The position numbers and the translations under genes are program-made. The notes beneath the pieces are model-generated. The model was not told the DNA's origin. It saw only the letters and a list, made by a program, of their open reading frames with translations, and did no database searches. Below are positions 10,276 through 20,274 of a stretch of DNA of 64,000 nt, piece after piece. Every line of letters starts with the position of its first letter. The first letter of the stretch is position 1. Origin of the DNA: Chloroflexota bacterium (lineage in GTDB: Bacteria > Chloroflexota > UBA11872 > VXOZ01); the NCBI GenBank assembly GCA_965221905.1, contig OZ244922.1, forward strand, positions 1,440,001-1,504,000. Reading direction: 5' to 3'.

Positions 10276-12405
10276 GTGGGTAAGGGAATGGCAACAATGT
10301 TTAGACAGAGAGGGTCAAGGTTGAGAGCAGGGCTGGCACTGCTGGCGGCGATTTGGCTTATCCTTACATTTGCTGGCACTGCATCTGCTTTGGAACTTGA
10401 TCCAAAGCTGTCATACACGATTGATCCCCGTAGACAACGGGTGCCGTCACCCCTGCCCTATATCTTTGAGAAAGAGATAAACGGTATTCACCTGCCGACA
10501 GGTGCGTTCAAGGAGCCCTCTGACCTGTTCATCGACCATGAGGAGAACCTGTGGCTTGCCGATACAGGCAACGACCGGATTCTCAAGTTCTCCAGAGAGG
10601 GCGAGTATCTCATGGAAGTCAGCAATTTGAGTAAGCCCGAAGGTGTCTATGTTGACCCGGATGGGAATATCTTCGTTGCTGATACTGGCAATAACCGCAT
10701 TCTTCGGTTGACTCCGAGTGGAGGTTTTGTTGACGAGTTCTTCAAGCCCTCGACGACACTAATCCCAATTGACCATACGTTTGCACCCAGCAAACTTGTG
10801 GTAGACCGGAGTGGTCGTATCTACACATTAGAAGCGGGGAGCAATCTCGGCATTATTGTGCTGGATGGCGAAGGGAACTTCCGTGGCTTCTTCGGGGCTA
10901 CGCGGCTGGACTTTAGCTTGCGCCGCCTGATTGTCAGCATGTTTGCAACCAAAGACCAGCGGCGGAAGATCTTCTTGCCCCAACCCACGCCGCACTCTAA
11001 TCTATTCCTTTCCGAAGACGGCTTCCTCTATACCGTCGTGGCGACTGCTGTAAAGGACCAGTTACAAAAGCTTAGTCCTGTGGGCGTTAACGTCTACCCC
11101 CACTCGACTTCCGTCGCAGTTTACATGCGGTTCTTCAAAGAGGATTCCCTTAAGTTCTACGGCGAGCGCCAAGGAGCAGGTAGACGCACTCAGTTTCCAC
11201 GATTTTCGGATGTCAACGTTAATGAATCGGGCATTATCACCGTCGTAGATGCAAATTCGGCAAAAGTGTATCAGTACGATCAAGACGGCGAGCCGCTCTT
11301 GGCGTTTGGTGGTCGGGGAGTGCAGCAAGGGCAGCTTGGATATCCGACTAGTGTGGTGACGGACTCAGAGGGTTCGCTATTCATCCTAGATGCCATTCGC
11401 AACAATATCCAGGTGTATCGCCCCACCCTCTTCGCACGCTTAGTTCACTCTGCGAGCAAATTCTATTGGGACGGTCGATACGACGAGGCGGCAAACTTAT
11501 GGCAGCAAGTCCTAAAGATCGATGCCAACATGTACCTTGCGCATAGCGCTCTGGGCAAGGCTCTTTACCGTCAGGAGCGTTACCAAGATGCAATGGTCGA
11601 GTATTTCAGAGGCTACGATAAGGATGAATATGCGAAATCCTACTCCGAGGCCCGGTACTTGTGGATGCGCGCTAACTTTGGGTTGTTTATGTTGTATGTA
11701 TTCCTGGGTATCGGCGCAATCATAGTCATTCCACGGGGCACGCGCCGTGTGTTTGCACTCGGTTTTCAGCGCGGTATCCTCAAGCGGGAAAGTACGTGGT
11801 ACAGGATCTACCGTCAGGCGGTTGGCGTCTTGCGCGACCCGATGGAGACATTTTGGGCATTGCGCGAAGATTCAACGTGGTGGACCGTGTGGACGTTGCT
11901 GGCTTTGGCTATTATCGTGCGCATGATTACGCTCAACGTGGTGAGTTTCCATTACTCCAGCATCGATCCTGAAGATATCAACTTTGTCTTGGAAGTCTCG
12001 CGAATTCTGGTTCCCTTCTTTGTCTGGGTGATAGCGAACTACGGAGTGAGTGCGATTTTCTACGGAGAAGGCTCGCCGAAGGTGGTGGCTGCGACTACTG
12101 CATATTGTTTGCAGCCGTACATCCTAATCGCCCTGCCGTTGGCTCTGGTTTCGAACGTGCTTACCAAGGATGAGAGTGCGTTGTATGGCTTTGCGCAGAC
12201 CTTCATGTATTGGTGGATGGGTATTCTCATCTACATGCAGGTGAAGGTGGTGCACGACTTTGAATTCAAACAGGCCGCAGGTGTAAGTTTCTTAAATATC
12301 ATGGGTATGGTTGCAATATTCGGCATCTCCGCCCTTAGCTATTTCATGACGTCGCGGGTGATCCGCTTCCTCTGGGAGGTTGTTTATGAAGTTGTCACTC
12401 GTTAG
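10276..12405 (+). CDS. NHL-repeat beta-propeller + TPR + YIP1 membrane domain fusion
   Basis: Signal peptide; repeated ADTGNxRI NHL units; YDEAANLWQQVLKID TPR; C-terminal multi-TM domain after DPMETF; start may be 10288 or 10297. Confidence 0.82.
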   Translation: MGKGMATMFRQRGSRLRAGLALLAAIWLILTFAGTASALELDPKLSYTIDPRRQRVPSPLPYIFEKEINGIHLPTGAFKEPSDLFIDHEENLWLADTGNDRILKFSREGEYLMEVSNLSKPEGVYVDPDGNIFVADTGNNRILRLTPSGGFVDEFFKPSTTLIPIDHTFAPSKLVVDRSGRIYTLEAGSNLGIIVLDGEGNFRGFFGATRLDFSLRRLIVSMFATKDQRRKIFLPQPTPHSNLFLSEDGFLYTVVATAVKDQLQKLSPVGVNVYPHSTSVAVYMRFFKEDSLKFYGERQGAGRRTQFPRFSDVNVNESGIITVVDANSAKVYQYDQDGEPLLAFGGRGVQQGQLGYPTSVVTDSEGSLFILDAIRNNIQVYRPTLFARLVHSASKFYWDGRYDEAANLWQQVLKIDANMYLAHSALGKALYRQERYQDAMVEYFRGYDKDEYAKSYSEARYLWMRANFGLFMLYVFLGIGAIIVIPRGTRRVFALGFQRGILKRESTWYRIYRQAVGVLRDPMETFWALREDSTWWTVWTLLALAIIVRMITLNVVSFHYSSIDPEDINFVLEVSRILVPFFVWVIANYGVSAIFYGEGSPKVVAATTAYCLQPYILIALPLALVSNVLTKDESALYGFAQTFMYWWMGILIYMQVKVVHDFEFKQAAGVSFLNIMGMVAIFGISALSYFMTSRVIRFLWEVVYEVVTR

Positions 12406-14836
12406 AGGGTGGCGTTTCGCACGGTTTTTAGTGCCGCTAATCCTGCTTTTAACTATATTGCCAATCGTGCCGGTGACGGCTGCTCCGGTCATGGATCCTG
12501 CTAATGAGCTTGGTCCGCAGTTTGAATTGATGAGTAAGGTAGAGCATTTGTCGCTCTTCCTGAATAAAGAAAATTCACAACTCGCGGTATTCGATGACCG
12601 TGAAGATGGGCAGCTGTGGCGTAGTTCTCCGATTATGGAAAACCCTGAGGCAGTTTCAGACTCCATCAAGGCGCGCCTAAATTCGGTTGTTATTGTGGAG
12701 TATACCGACAAGGTGCGTACGCAGACTCGTGTTGCCGATATCATCTCCGATCAGCCGAAGATGACGTTTGATCCCATCGACGGCGGTGTCCGGGTGGACT
12801 ATCTGTTTGAGGAGTTGAATATTGGCTTCACTATCAGTTACTGGCTAGAAAATGACCGGTTAGTCGTTGCGGTTGACGAAGATAGTGTGCGCGAGACAGA
12901 AGAACGGCTGCTGGTAACCTTGGATATAATGCCGTTTCTTGGCGCTGCTACCAACGAGGATAAGGGATATCTATTTGTGCCGGATGGCCCCGGCGCTATC
13001 GTGCACTTCCGGCCCGAGCAACCTGAATACCGGCACAACTTCCTGGCCGAGGTTTACGGGCCGGCACTTTTCTCTTTCGAACCTGAACAACAACAAGGGC
13101 CGATACCGGTACCAGTCTTTGGGTTAGTGCGCGGTGATTCGGCCTTTACTGGAATTGTGACCAAGGGTGACATGGACGTAAACATCAGTGCGGCGCTCAG
13201 CTACACCGCCCTGGGTTACAACCGTATTTCGGGTCAGTTTATATTCAGACGCAAGGCGCCATTCCCGTTGCGGCGCGCTTCATTTGTGACCCGTTTCGAG
13301 CAAGAGCGTGTTGAAGGTGACCGCGAACTGAAATTTGCGTTCCTGCGTGGCTACGAGGCCTCGTACGTCGGTATGGCTAAGAAGTATCGTGACTACTTGA
13401 TGAGTGAACGTGGCTTGCAGCAACTTGCAGAAGCTAATCCGTTCCTGCATCTTCGTATTTTCATGGCTATGCAGCGTGAAGCCTTCCCGCGAGACCAGTT
13501 TATTACCATGACCACGTTCGACGAGGCCTTGGGAATGCTCAAGACCCTCAAGGAGGAACGAGGCCTGGATAACCTCCGCATAACCCTGGTGGGATGGAAC
13601 CAGGATGGGTACGACTGGTCATTGCCAAAACGGCTGCCTGCTGAAGGAAAACTCGGTGGTGATGAAGGACTGCGAGCAGTCTCAAACTACGCTAATGCAA
13701 ACAATATCCCAATCTATCTTGAGGACAACTATCTGCTCGCCTTCAGGAACCTTGACTCATTCTTGCGTTTCAACCCCTTGACAGACGTTATGCGTGGGGC
13801 AAATCGCTTGCCGGTCACGACCAACTATGTGGGCTTTAAGCGAAAAGAGGATGAACCGCACACTGAGGTACAGTTACTGCGGCCGGAAATTGCCCGTGAT
13901 CGCTATGCAGCCACTGACATTGCGAAGATGAGTGAGTATGGCATCTCCGGCGTTGAGTTCCGGTTCTTTGGGAAGGTGGCACTAAACCACTATCCCCTTA
14001 TTTTTGCCGGTAGGTCTCTATTTACTGCTGGCCTCAGAGTGCTTGGATTGACAGCTATTATCGCAATTGGGCTCTACGCTGTCTTGGTAGGGACCAGGCG
14101 TCCGGGCGATACAATGTTTGGTCAGTTGATTGGCGGTGCTCTTTGGCGTCCGATTGTTACTGCGGCGCTCCTGTTCGTCCTGGCAGGAGGCTATTTTATC
14201 GAGGTTCAGAATATGCGGCAGCCTGTCGATACAGAGCAGGGCGGTACTAGACTAAGCCGGCAGGACTTTGTCGGAATTTGGAAAGATATTGTTCAGATTA
14301 GCATGCAGGAAACGGGCGCGGCTGTTATTCAGGGTGGGAATGCGTACATGCTCGATACAACCGATTTCTTTACCCGGGTGCCACTAGACCGCTATAATTA
14401 TGTGTTTAGTGAGGAGACGGTGCCGTTCTTCCCGCTGGCAGTGCACGGTTTAGTTCGCTATACGGGCGACGAAAGCAATTTGCGCAGTGATCGCGACGAA
14501 TTTCTACGCGCGATTGAATATGGTGCGCTCCCAACATTCGAGCTCACTACTAACCCAAGCGTTCTTCTTACCCGGACCCAGTACAACCGTCTCTATTCAT
14601 CGCGGTTTGCCGACTGGGAACCGCAAATAGTCGATGAGTACGAGCTATTTGTGAGGCAGTTGGGCTATACAGTCAATCTACTCATGGATGACCATAGGCA
14701 GATTGCTGATGGCGTCTATGAGACTGTGTATGAAGACGGGACGCGAGTGATTGTGAATTACAAGACGCGTCGCTACACGGATGGCGAGCACGCGGTTGAG
14801 GGCCAGAACTATCTCATAATTCCGCCGCGGAGGTAA
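12380..14836 (+). CDS. DUF5696-like secreted protein (putative GH-like barrel) with internal TM insertion
   Basis: Signal peptide; PFLGA, GYLFVPDGPGA, PVFG, YVGMAKKYRDYL, GVYETVYEDGTRVIVNY. Confidence 0.78.
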   Translation: MFMKLSLVRGWRFARFLVPLILLLTILPIVPVTAAPVMDPANELGPQFELMSKVEHLSLFLNKENSQLAVFDDREDGQLWRSSPIMENPEAVSDSIKARLNSVVIVEYTDKVRTQTRVADIISDQPKMTFDPIDGGVRVDYLFEELNIGFTISYWLENDRLVVAVDEDSVRETEERLLVTLDIMPFLGAATNEDKGYLFVPDGPGAIVHFRPEQPEYRHNFLAEVYGPALFSFEPEQQQGPIPVPVFGLVRGDSAFTGIVTKGDMDVNISAALSYTALGYNRISGQFIFRRKAPFPLRRASFVTRFEQERVEGDRELKFAFLRGYEASYVGMAKKYRDYLMSERGLQQLAEANPFLHLRIFMAMQREAFPRDQFITMTTFDEALGMLKTLKEERGLDNLRITLVGWNQDGYDWSLPKRLPAEGKLGGDEGLRAVSNYANANNIPIYLEDNYLLAFRNLDSFLRFNPLTDVMRGANRLPVTTNYVGFKRKEDEPHTEVQLLRPEIARDRYAATDIAKMSEYGISGVEFRFFGKVALNHYPLIFAGRSLFTAGLRVLGLTAIIAIGLYAVLVGTRRPGDTMFGQLIGGALWRPIVTAALLFVLAGGYFIEVQNMRQPVDTEQGGTRLSRQDFVGIWKDIVQISMQETGAAVIQGGNAYMLDTTDFFTRVPLDRYNYVFSEETVPFFPLAVHGLVRYTGDESNLRSDRDEFLRAIEYGALPTFELTTNPSVLLTRTQYNRLYSSRFADWEPQIVDEYELFVRQLGYTVNLLMDDHRQIADGVYETVYEDGTRVIVNYKTRRYTDGEHAVEGQNYLIIPPRR

Positions 14837-14841
14837 CGGCT

Positions 14842-15816
14842 ATGCAATTCGAAGATAACTTTACGTGGGTAGCTATACTTACGGGGTTGGCGTTTGTGGT
14901 GCCGGCACTTATTCTTTCGGTTCGTGTCGTTTTGTCTGCGGTCGGCGTTCGGATGACTTATCGATTTCAACGTGCTTTGGATGGATACTTCTATATTAGT
15001 ACGTGGATCGTAGGTTTCTTGATTTTTCTTGCCTGGCCGTTGTTCCAGTCCCTTTACGTCAGCTTTCATAACGTCAAGATTACAAGCTCTGAGCTCAAGC
15101 TGACGTTCATAGGTTGGGAAAACTACGCAGAGCCGTTCTTGGAGGATATTCATTTCCTGCCTTTGTTCACCAAGACGGTGGCTAACTTGCTGACGGACCT
15201 GCCGATTATCTTGGTGTTTTCGCTGTTTGTCTCGATCTTGGTTGTGCAGGACATGCCTGGGCGTGGTATTTTCCGCATGCTTCTCTTTATGCCGGTGGTG
15301 ATCGGTTCCGCGATTGTCATTCGCCGTCTTTTTGGCGAAGGGGTGAGTACGGAAGCTATCGGTATTAGCGTACAGACGCTGAGTGAGGTCGTGTTTACCT
15401 ACCTGCAGGGCACGATTGCGGATTGGGTTCTCGACTTGGTGAATCGCGTGACCCTGGTTCTTTGGCGAACCGGGGTGCAGATCCTCATCTTCGTGGCCGG
15501 ACTGCATAGTATCCCGCTGACCATGCGGGAGGCCGCCAAGACAGACGGGGCTTCCGGTTGGCAGATCTTTTGGCGGATTACGTTGCCCATGCTCTCGCCG
15601 GTCATTCTGGTCAACGTTGTATACACCATTGTGGATTCTTTTACCGACAACTTTAATGAGGTACTTACTTACATTCAGACCGTGGGCCTTACCCGAGACT
15701 TCCGACTTGGCTATGCGGCGGCTTTGGGTTGGATGTATTTTGCCTCGATCTTCTTGTTCATGGCGCTTGCTTTGTTGATTTCAAGGCGCTTTGTATTTTA
15801 CGCTGGTGAACGGTAG
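14842..15816 (+). CDS. Carbohydrate ABC permease (MalF type) with extra N-terminal TM helix
   Basis: MREAAKTDGASGWQIFWRITLP; GYAAALGW. Confidence 0.92.
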   Translation: MQFEDNFTWVAILTGLAFVVPALILSVRVVLSAVGVRMTYRFQRALDGYFYISTWIVGFLIFLAWPLFQSLYVSFHNVKITSSELKLTFIGWENYAEPFLEDIHFLPLFTKTVANLLTDLPIILVFSLFVSILVVQDMPGRGIFRMLLFMPVVIGSAIVIRRLFGEGVSTEAIGISVQTLSEVVFTYLQGTIADWVLDLVNRVTLVLWRTGVQILIFVAGLHSIPLTMREAAKTDGASGWQIFWRITLPMLSPVILVNVVYTIVDSFTDNFNEVLTYIQTVGLTRDFRLGYAAALGWMYFASIFLFMALALLISRRFVFYAGER

Positions 15817-15830
15817 GGAGTACCTGGCAC

Positions 15831-16769
15831 ATGGCTGATTCTGTATTCGTCATTCGGCAGCGCCAAGGTGTACTGGGTGCACTTACGTCGCGTAAGTGGT
15901 GGGCGGCGGTGTTTATGCGCCTCGCTACGTATATTATCCTTATCAATGTCTGCTTTGTATTTCTCTTTCCCGTTATATACATGTTTTCGACCTCGCTCAA
16001 GACGGTTGCGGACCTTGCGGACCTTACGGTGCTTTGGATCCCGCGTACCTTCTTCTGGAGAAATTATGAACTCGCTATAAGCGGCATGCTCTATTGGCAG
16101 GCGGCGCGCAATAGCGTCATCATTTCGCTTGGCTCGGGAATACTGCAGACTGTTGCTTGTTCATTTGTGGCTTACGGTTTCGCGCGTATACCCTTTCCCG
16201 GGCGGGATATTCTCTTTCTGCTGGTCCTGTTCACCTTTCTAGTTCCGCCGCAGACCATTATCGTCCCCCTCTTCATCCTGTACCGCAACCTTGGGTTCAT
16301 GGATACGTACTTCCCCTTCCTGATGCCTGCCCTGTTTGGTCACGGCCTGAGGGGTGCGCTCTTTATTCTGGTCTTCCGACAGTTCTTCAAGAATTTACCG
16401 TACGAGTTGGAGGATGCGGCACGTATCGACGGAGCAGGGCCGTTCAGTGTGTATTGGCGTATTATGCTGCCCCTTGCAGCTCCGGCGATTATTGTTGTGT
16501 TTCTCTTTTCTTTGGTTTGGCACTGGAACGACTTCTTCGAGCCGACCATTTATCTATTCGACCAGAACAACTTTACTTTGCCGTTACGTCTCTCAATTCT
16601 GAGTGCCGCGCTGTTGCAAATGCTTGCCGGTCAAGGCGCTGGGGATGAATTCAATGAGGCTGTAATTATGGCGGCGTCATTCCTTGTCATTATGCCCCCA
16701 CTCGTGGTCTATCTCTTTACCCAACGCTATTTCGTGGAAAGCGTGGACCGCACGGGCTTGGTTGAGTAG
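15831..16769 (+). CDS. Carbohydrate ABC permease (MalG type)
   Basis: LPYELEDAARIDGAG; WHWNDFF; QRYFVESV. Confidence 0.93.
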   Translation: MADSVFVIRQRQGVLGALTSRKWWAAVFMRLATYIILINVCFVFLFPVIYMFSTSLKTVADLADLTVLWIPRTFFWRNYELAISGMLYWQAARNSVIISLGSGILQTVACSFVAYGFARIPFPGRDILFLLVLFTFLVPPQTIIVPLFILYRNLGFMDTYFPFLMPALFGHGLRGALFILVFRQFFKNLPYELEDAARIDGAGPFSVYWRIMLPLAAPAIIVVFLFSLVWHWNDFFEPTIYLFDQNNFTLPLRLSILSAALLQMLAGQGAGDEFNEAVIMAASFLVIMPPLVVYLFTQRYFVESVDRTGLVE

Positions 16770-17217
16770 ATGCGCTCGGGTCAGCGTGGCTCTTGTGCTG
16801 CACTCTGGGTGGCTCGTGGGTTCATTCAGGCCGGGTAGATGTCTCTCTATGGCCATTGATCGGCAGTGCCTTGGCAAGCGTTCTATTCTTGAGTAGAGCG
16901 CTTAGGGCGGGAGGCTCTTGCTCAGGCGCGGTTGTATCATGCCAGGCTGGGGTGCCTTCTTAGGTCTTACTAGTGATTTCTTGCGGCACAGCAAGGCATC
17001 AGGGGGATCTGCGCTATGCCGAGGGCCTTTTGAAATTTGTAGGTATCTCTGACTGTCGCCAACAGCAGCGCTTTTTGTCATGCATCAAATTGCTGAAGGC
17101 ATTGGGAAGCCACTTGTAGGTCGATAGCTTCGTTTATGGTGCCCGTGGTGAGGCGAGACCAGTCGTTGTCCGAGTGTCAAATAGGATTAGGTAACTGCTA
17201 GGTCGTGCAATTCGGTA

Positions 17218-18216
17218 TTGATGGAGCCCTATAGGTTTAAATCGCCCGCCCCTATCAGACGCAGGCGGCGGCCTGCCTTCCGCGTTTGGGTGATAGCGAT
17301 GGTCTTGGTCTTGGGAGGCGTGATGCTGCTCGTGCGCCTGACGCCAGGTTCGACAGGACCGGTTATCACGGTAACTGAAAACACGCCGGTGACTGCTGCA
17401 GAGATTGTCTCGACGGTTTCCCCTCCGCGTCCTCACTTTTCCTATGCTTGGTTGGAAGCTAATCCCGCACCTGCCTTGAGTAACTTCACGGCAAAGTCCG
17501 CTTTTCTTGTAGATCTTTCTACCAAGACTGTCCTCTATGCCAGAAATGAGCACGAGCAGCGGGCGCCTTCGAGCACCACCAAGATACTCACTGCAATCAT
17601 TGCCTTAGAAAATGGCGATCCTGGCCAAAAGGTGCTGATCTCAGATCGAGCCGCAATGGCGGAACCCAATGTGATGGGACTGAGCGCCGGTGAGGTGGTG
17701 ACCTTGGACATATTGCTCTATGGGATGTTGCTCGACTCCGGAAATGACGCAGCGATTGCGGTTACAGAAGGCACACTCGGCTACGATGCGTTTATTCAGG
17801 CCATGAATGCGAAGGTTCAGGAGCTAGGGTTGCAAAACACGAAGTTTAGCAACCCTACCGGATACGATGAAGACACGCTGCCTCACTACTCATCCGCCCA
17901 TGACTTGGCTGCGCTGGCAAAGTATGCGCTTGAGTGGACTCCTGAAATCGTCGATTATGCCGGGGTAAAGCGTATCGAGTTTACGGCTACGGACGAGCAC
18001 GGCTGGTACGGGCCGTGGAACCTGAATCGATTGCTGTGGACGTATGACGGTACCTATGGCCTAAAGCCCGGCTGGACTCCTGACGCGGAATACTGTTTGG
18101 TCGCGGTTGCGGAACGGGATGGTCGCCAATTGCTGGTCGTGGTGCTGGGTTCTTCCCAGCATTTTACCGATGCTGCCGTCCTGCTGGACTATGGGTTCTC
18201 GCAAACGCCTGTCTAG
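17218..18216 (+). CDS. dacA: D-alanyl-D-alanine carboxypeptidase (peptidase S11)
   Basis: SxxK (STTK), SGN, KPG variant of KTG; N-terminal TM anchor. Confidence 0.88.
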   Translation: MMEPYRFKSPAPIRRRRRPAFRVWVIAMVLVLGGVMLLVRLTPGSTGPVITVTENTPVTAAEIVSTVSPPRPHFSYAWLEANPAPALSNFTAKSAFLVDLSTKTVLYARNEHEQRAPSSTTKILTAIIALENGDPGQKVLISDRAAMAEPNVMGLSAGEVVTLDILLYGMLLDSGNDAAIAVTEGTLGYDAFIQAMNAKVQELGLQNTKFSNPTGYDEDTLPHYSSAHDLAALAKYALEWTPEIVDYAGVKRIEFTATDEHGWYGPWNLNRLLWTYDGTYGLKPGWTPDAEYCLVAVAERDGRQLLVVVLGSSQHFTDAAVLLDYGFSQTPV

Positions 18217-18395
18217 GCGGCAAGACAAGGTTGACAGTGGCAGCCGATCGACTGCTTGCGGCTAGGTCATAGCTGCTCGACACCGCTAGTATGGCGTGAT
18301 AATCGCTTCTGAGTTTGCCTTGGCAGCTATGCAAGCCCGCCAATTGAGCGTGGAGTAGACAGGTCAAGGAGACGTGTCTAGGGTTCGGGGACGTC

Positions 18396-19481
18396 CTACT
18401 GAGGAGGATCTCCGGCCGGCGTGCTGCTTTCTTCGTGGACGTGAATGCGGATGCTACCCCCGCTACTGCTCAGTTGCAGGCTGGCTGTACCGGCTCCCAG
18501 GGCGCCGGTGTACTGGCCGGTACCGTATCGATTCCGTGCCTCTCCCGACGCCCCAGGAAGACTGGCGTCCACACCTCCACCGGTGGCAGCAGCCTCAATG
18601 GATACCGCGGAAGCAGCGTCGAGCACTAGCATTACGCCTCCTCCGGCGCTCTCAACATGATGGTTTCCTTCGTGGAGCAGGGCGTGGTTGATGTTTACGC
18701 TGCCACCGGCAGACTTAATGTCGAGCTTCCGCGCCTTGCCCAATAGCGAAACTGATCCACCGGCGGCATTTGCCTGGAGGGAAGGCACATTGCCTGAGAC
18801 GCCAATAGCGCCTCCGGCCGCACTCAGCTTTAATTCTCCGGTAACTTCCGTAAGTTGAATGGACCCGCTTGAGGTGGAAATGTCCAAAGGTGACGTGAGT
18901 CTATAGCCTGACATGCTGCTGCCGATGACTTGGCACGCCAAAGATCGGACGGGAGGCAGGCGCAGGGACACGTTCGGCACGCCGGCCCAGACGGCATTTG
19001 CATATACGGACAGAACATACGTATCGCCCAGCTTGAGCACTGACCACTCCCAATCGTGGCCTTCACGGTCGAAGCTAATGTGGGCGTCTCCCGGGGCCTC
19101 CTCGACAGTAAGAGCGCTGCCTTCGATATCAACTTCCACGCGGGCATCCGGCGGAATGGCAAAGGATTGCTCCTGTAGTTCCACGGGCGTGTAGCCTTGC
19201 TCTTCGCGTTGCCGCATCCGCTTGAGGCCGCGCAGGGGCATGCGAATGCTGCCTCGCGGCAAGTCGGTTACTGCGCGCGAGATACGGTCCTCTACCTTGG
19301 AAAGTGTTTCACCAAGAGACCTTTCCACTTCCTCCCACCAGTTATTTTCCAAGACCGAAGAGACTCTGCGATCCGCTTTCTCACTACCGTTCCGCACTGC
19401 ACCGAGTAGGCGTTCGGCATCATCCACGGTGATTTTGCCCTCGCGCAGCATTTCAAGTACGATGCGTTCTTCTGCGCCCAT
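18396..19481 (-). CDS. SHOCT-like N-terminus + DUF4097 beta-strand repeat protein (YvlB/LiaX-like)
   Basis: EERIVLEMLREGKITVDDAERLL; repeated SxxGGsi strands; start moved to the ATG after GGAG. Confidence 0.8.
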   Translation of the reverse strand: MGAEERIVLEMLREGKITVDDAERLLGAVRNGSEKADRRVSSVLENNWWEEVERSLGETLSKVEDRISRAVTDLPRGSIRMPLRGLKRMRQREEQGYTPVELQEQSFAIPPDARVEVDIEGSALTVEEAPGDAHISFDREGHDWEWSVLKLGDTYVLSVYANAVWAGVPNVSLRLPPVRSLACQVIGSSMSGYRLTSPLDISTSSGSIQLTEVTGELKLSAAGGAIGVSGNVPSLQANAAGGSVSLLGKARKLDIKSAGGSVNINHALLHEGNHHVESAGGGVMLVLDAASAVSIEAAATGGGVDASLPGASGEARNRYGTGQYTGALGAGTASLQLSSSGGSIRIHVHEESSTPAGDPPQ

Positions 19482-19485
19482 TTTG

Positions 19486-19887
19486 CTACTCCCTATTTGC
19501 CAGGCGGCGTAAGGCCTCTTCAACACTCAGCGCACCGCTTTCCACTTCCTGAAGCGTGCTTACGCGCTCGGCCTGTAGGGCAACTTCATTCGATGCCGGT
19601 TTGTGACCAAGTTGGCTGATGACTTCCTCCAAGCGCGCGCGCACAGTGGGATACGAGACGCCCAATTCCTTTTGCACCTCGCTCATGTTGCCGCGGGCGA
19701 TAAGAAAAATCTCGACAAAGCGCTGCTGATCCGAAGAGAGACGGTTGAAGGGATTGAGGTGAAACTCCCCCTCCAATGCAACACTGCACGATGAACATCG
19801 CAAGCGCTGTACGGTGAGCTCGCTCGAGCAAACGGGGCAGCGCCCGAGCACTTCAGGTGTCTGGGAACTACCCAAGATGTTCCGCAT
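19486..19887 (-). CDS. DUF2089 family Zn-ribbon/HTH protein
   Basis: CPVC..CSSC, RGNMSEVQKELGVSYPTVRARL; GGGGAGG RBS. Confidence 0.88.
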   Translation of the reverse strand: MRNILGSSQTPEVLGRCPVCSSELTVQRLRCSSCSVALEGEFHLNPFNRLSSDQQRFVEIFLIARGNMSEVQKELGVSYPTVRARLEEVISQLGHKPASNEVALQAERVSTLQEVESGALSVEEALRRLANRE

Positions 19888-20274
19888 GGTATGCCTCCCC
19901 AACAAATAGTTAAAGTATTCTAATCTGTATCTTTAGAAAAGATATCAGAATATGCAGAAGTTGTCAACAGAGAGAGGGAAATGTTTGAAAACCGTATAAT
20001 ACGGTTGTGTTTGCACATCTGGGCCAAGGAAGCATGAGGCTGCGCGCGCCTGGGGAGACGCCGGCATTCCTGGTGACCGGGGGAATGGCCTTTCCAGGGT
20101 CTCGACTCTCTAGGAGAATCGGGTATCTGGATGTTCAACCATCCTTGATCTGCGGACAAGCCAGACTCCGCGGATTGCCATAAGAAGGCTTCCCAAAGCC
20201 AAGCGCATGCAAGAAGTGCATGCGGGGCAGACTAAAGCAAGGGGAAACAGCTAGAAAAGGGAGCAGCCGAATTC

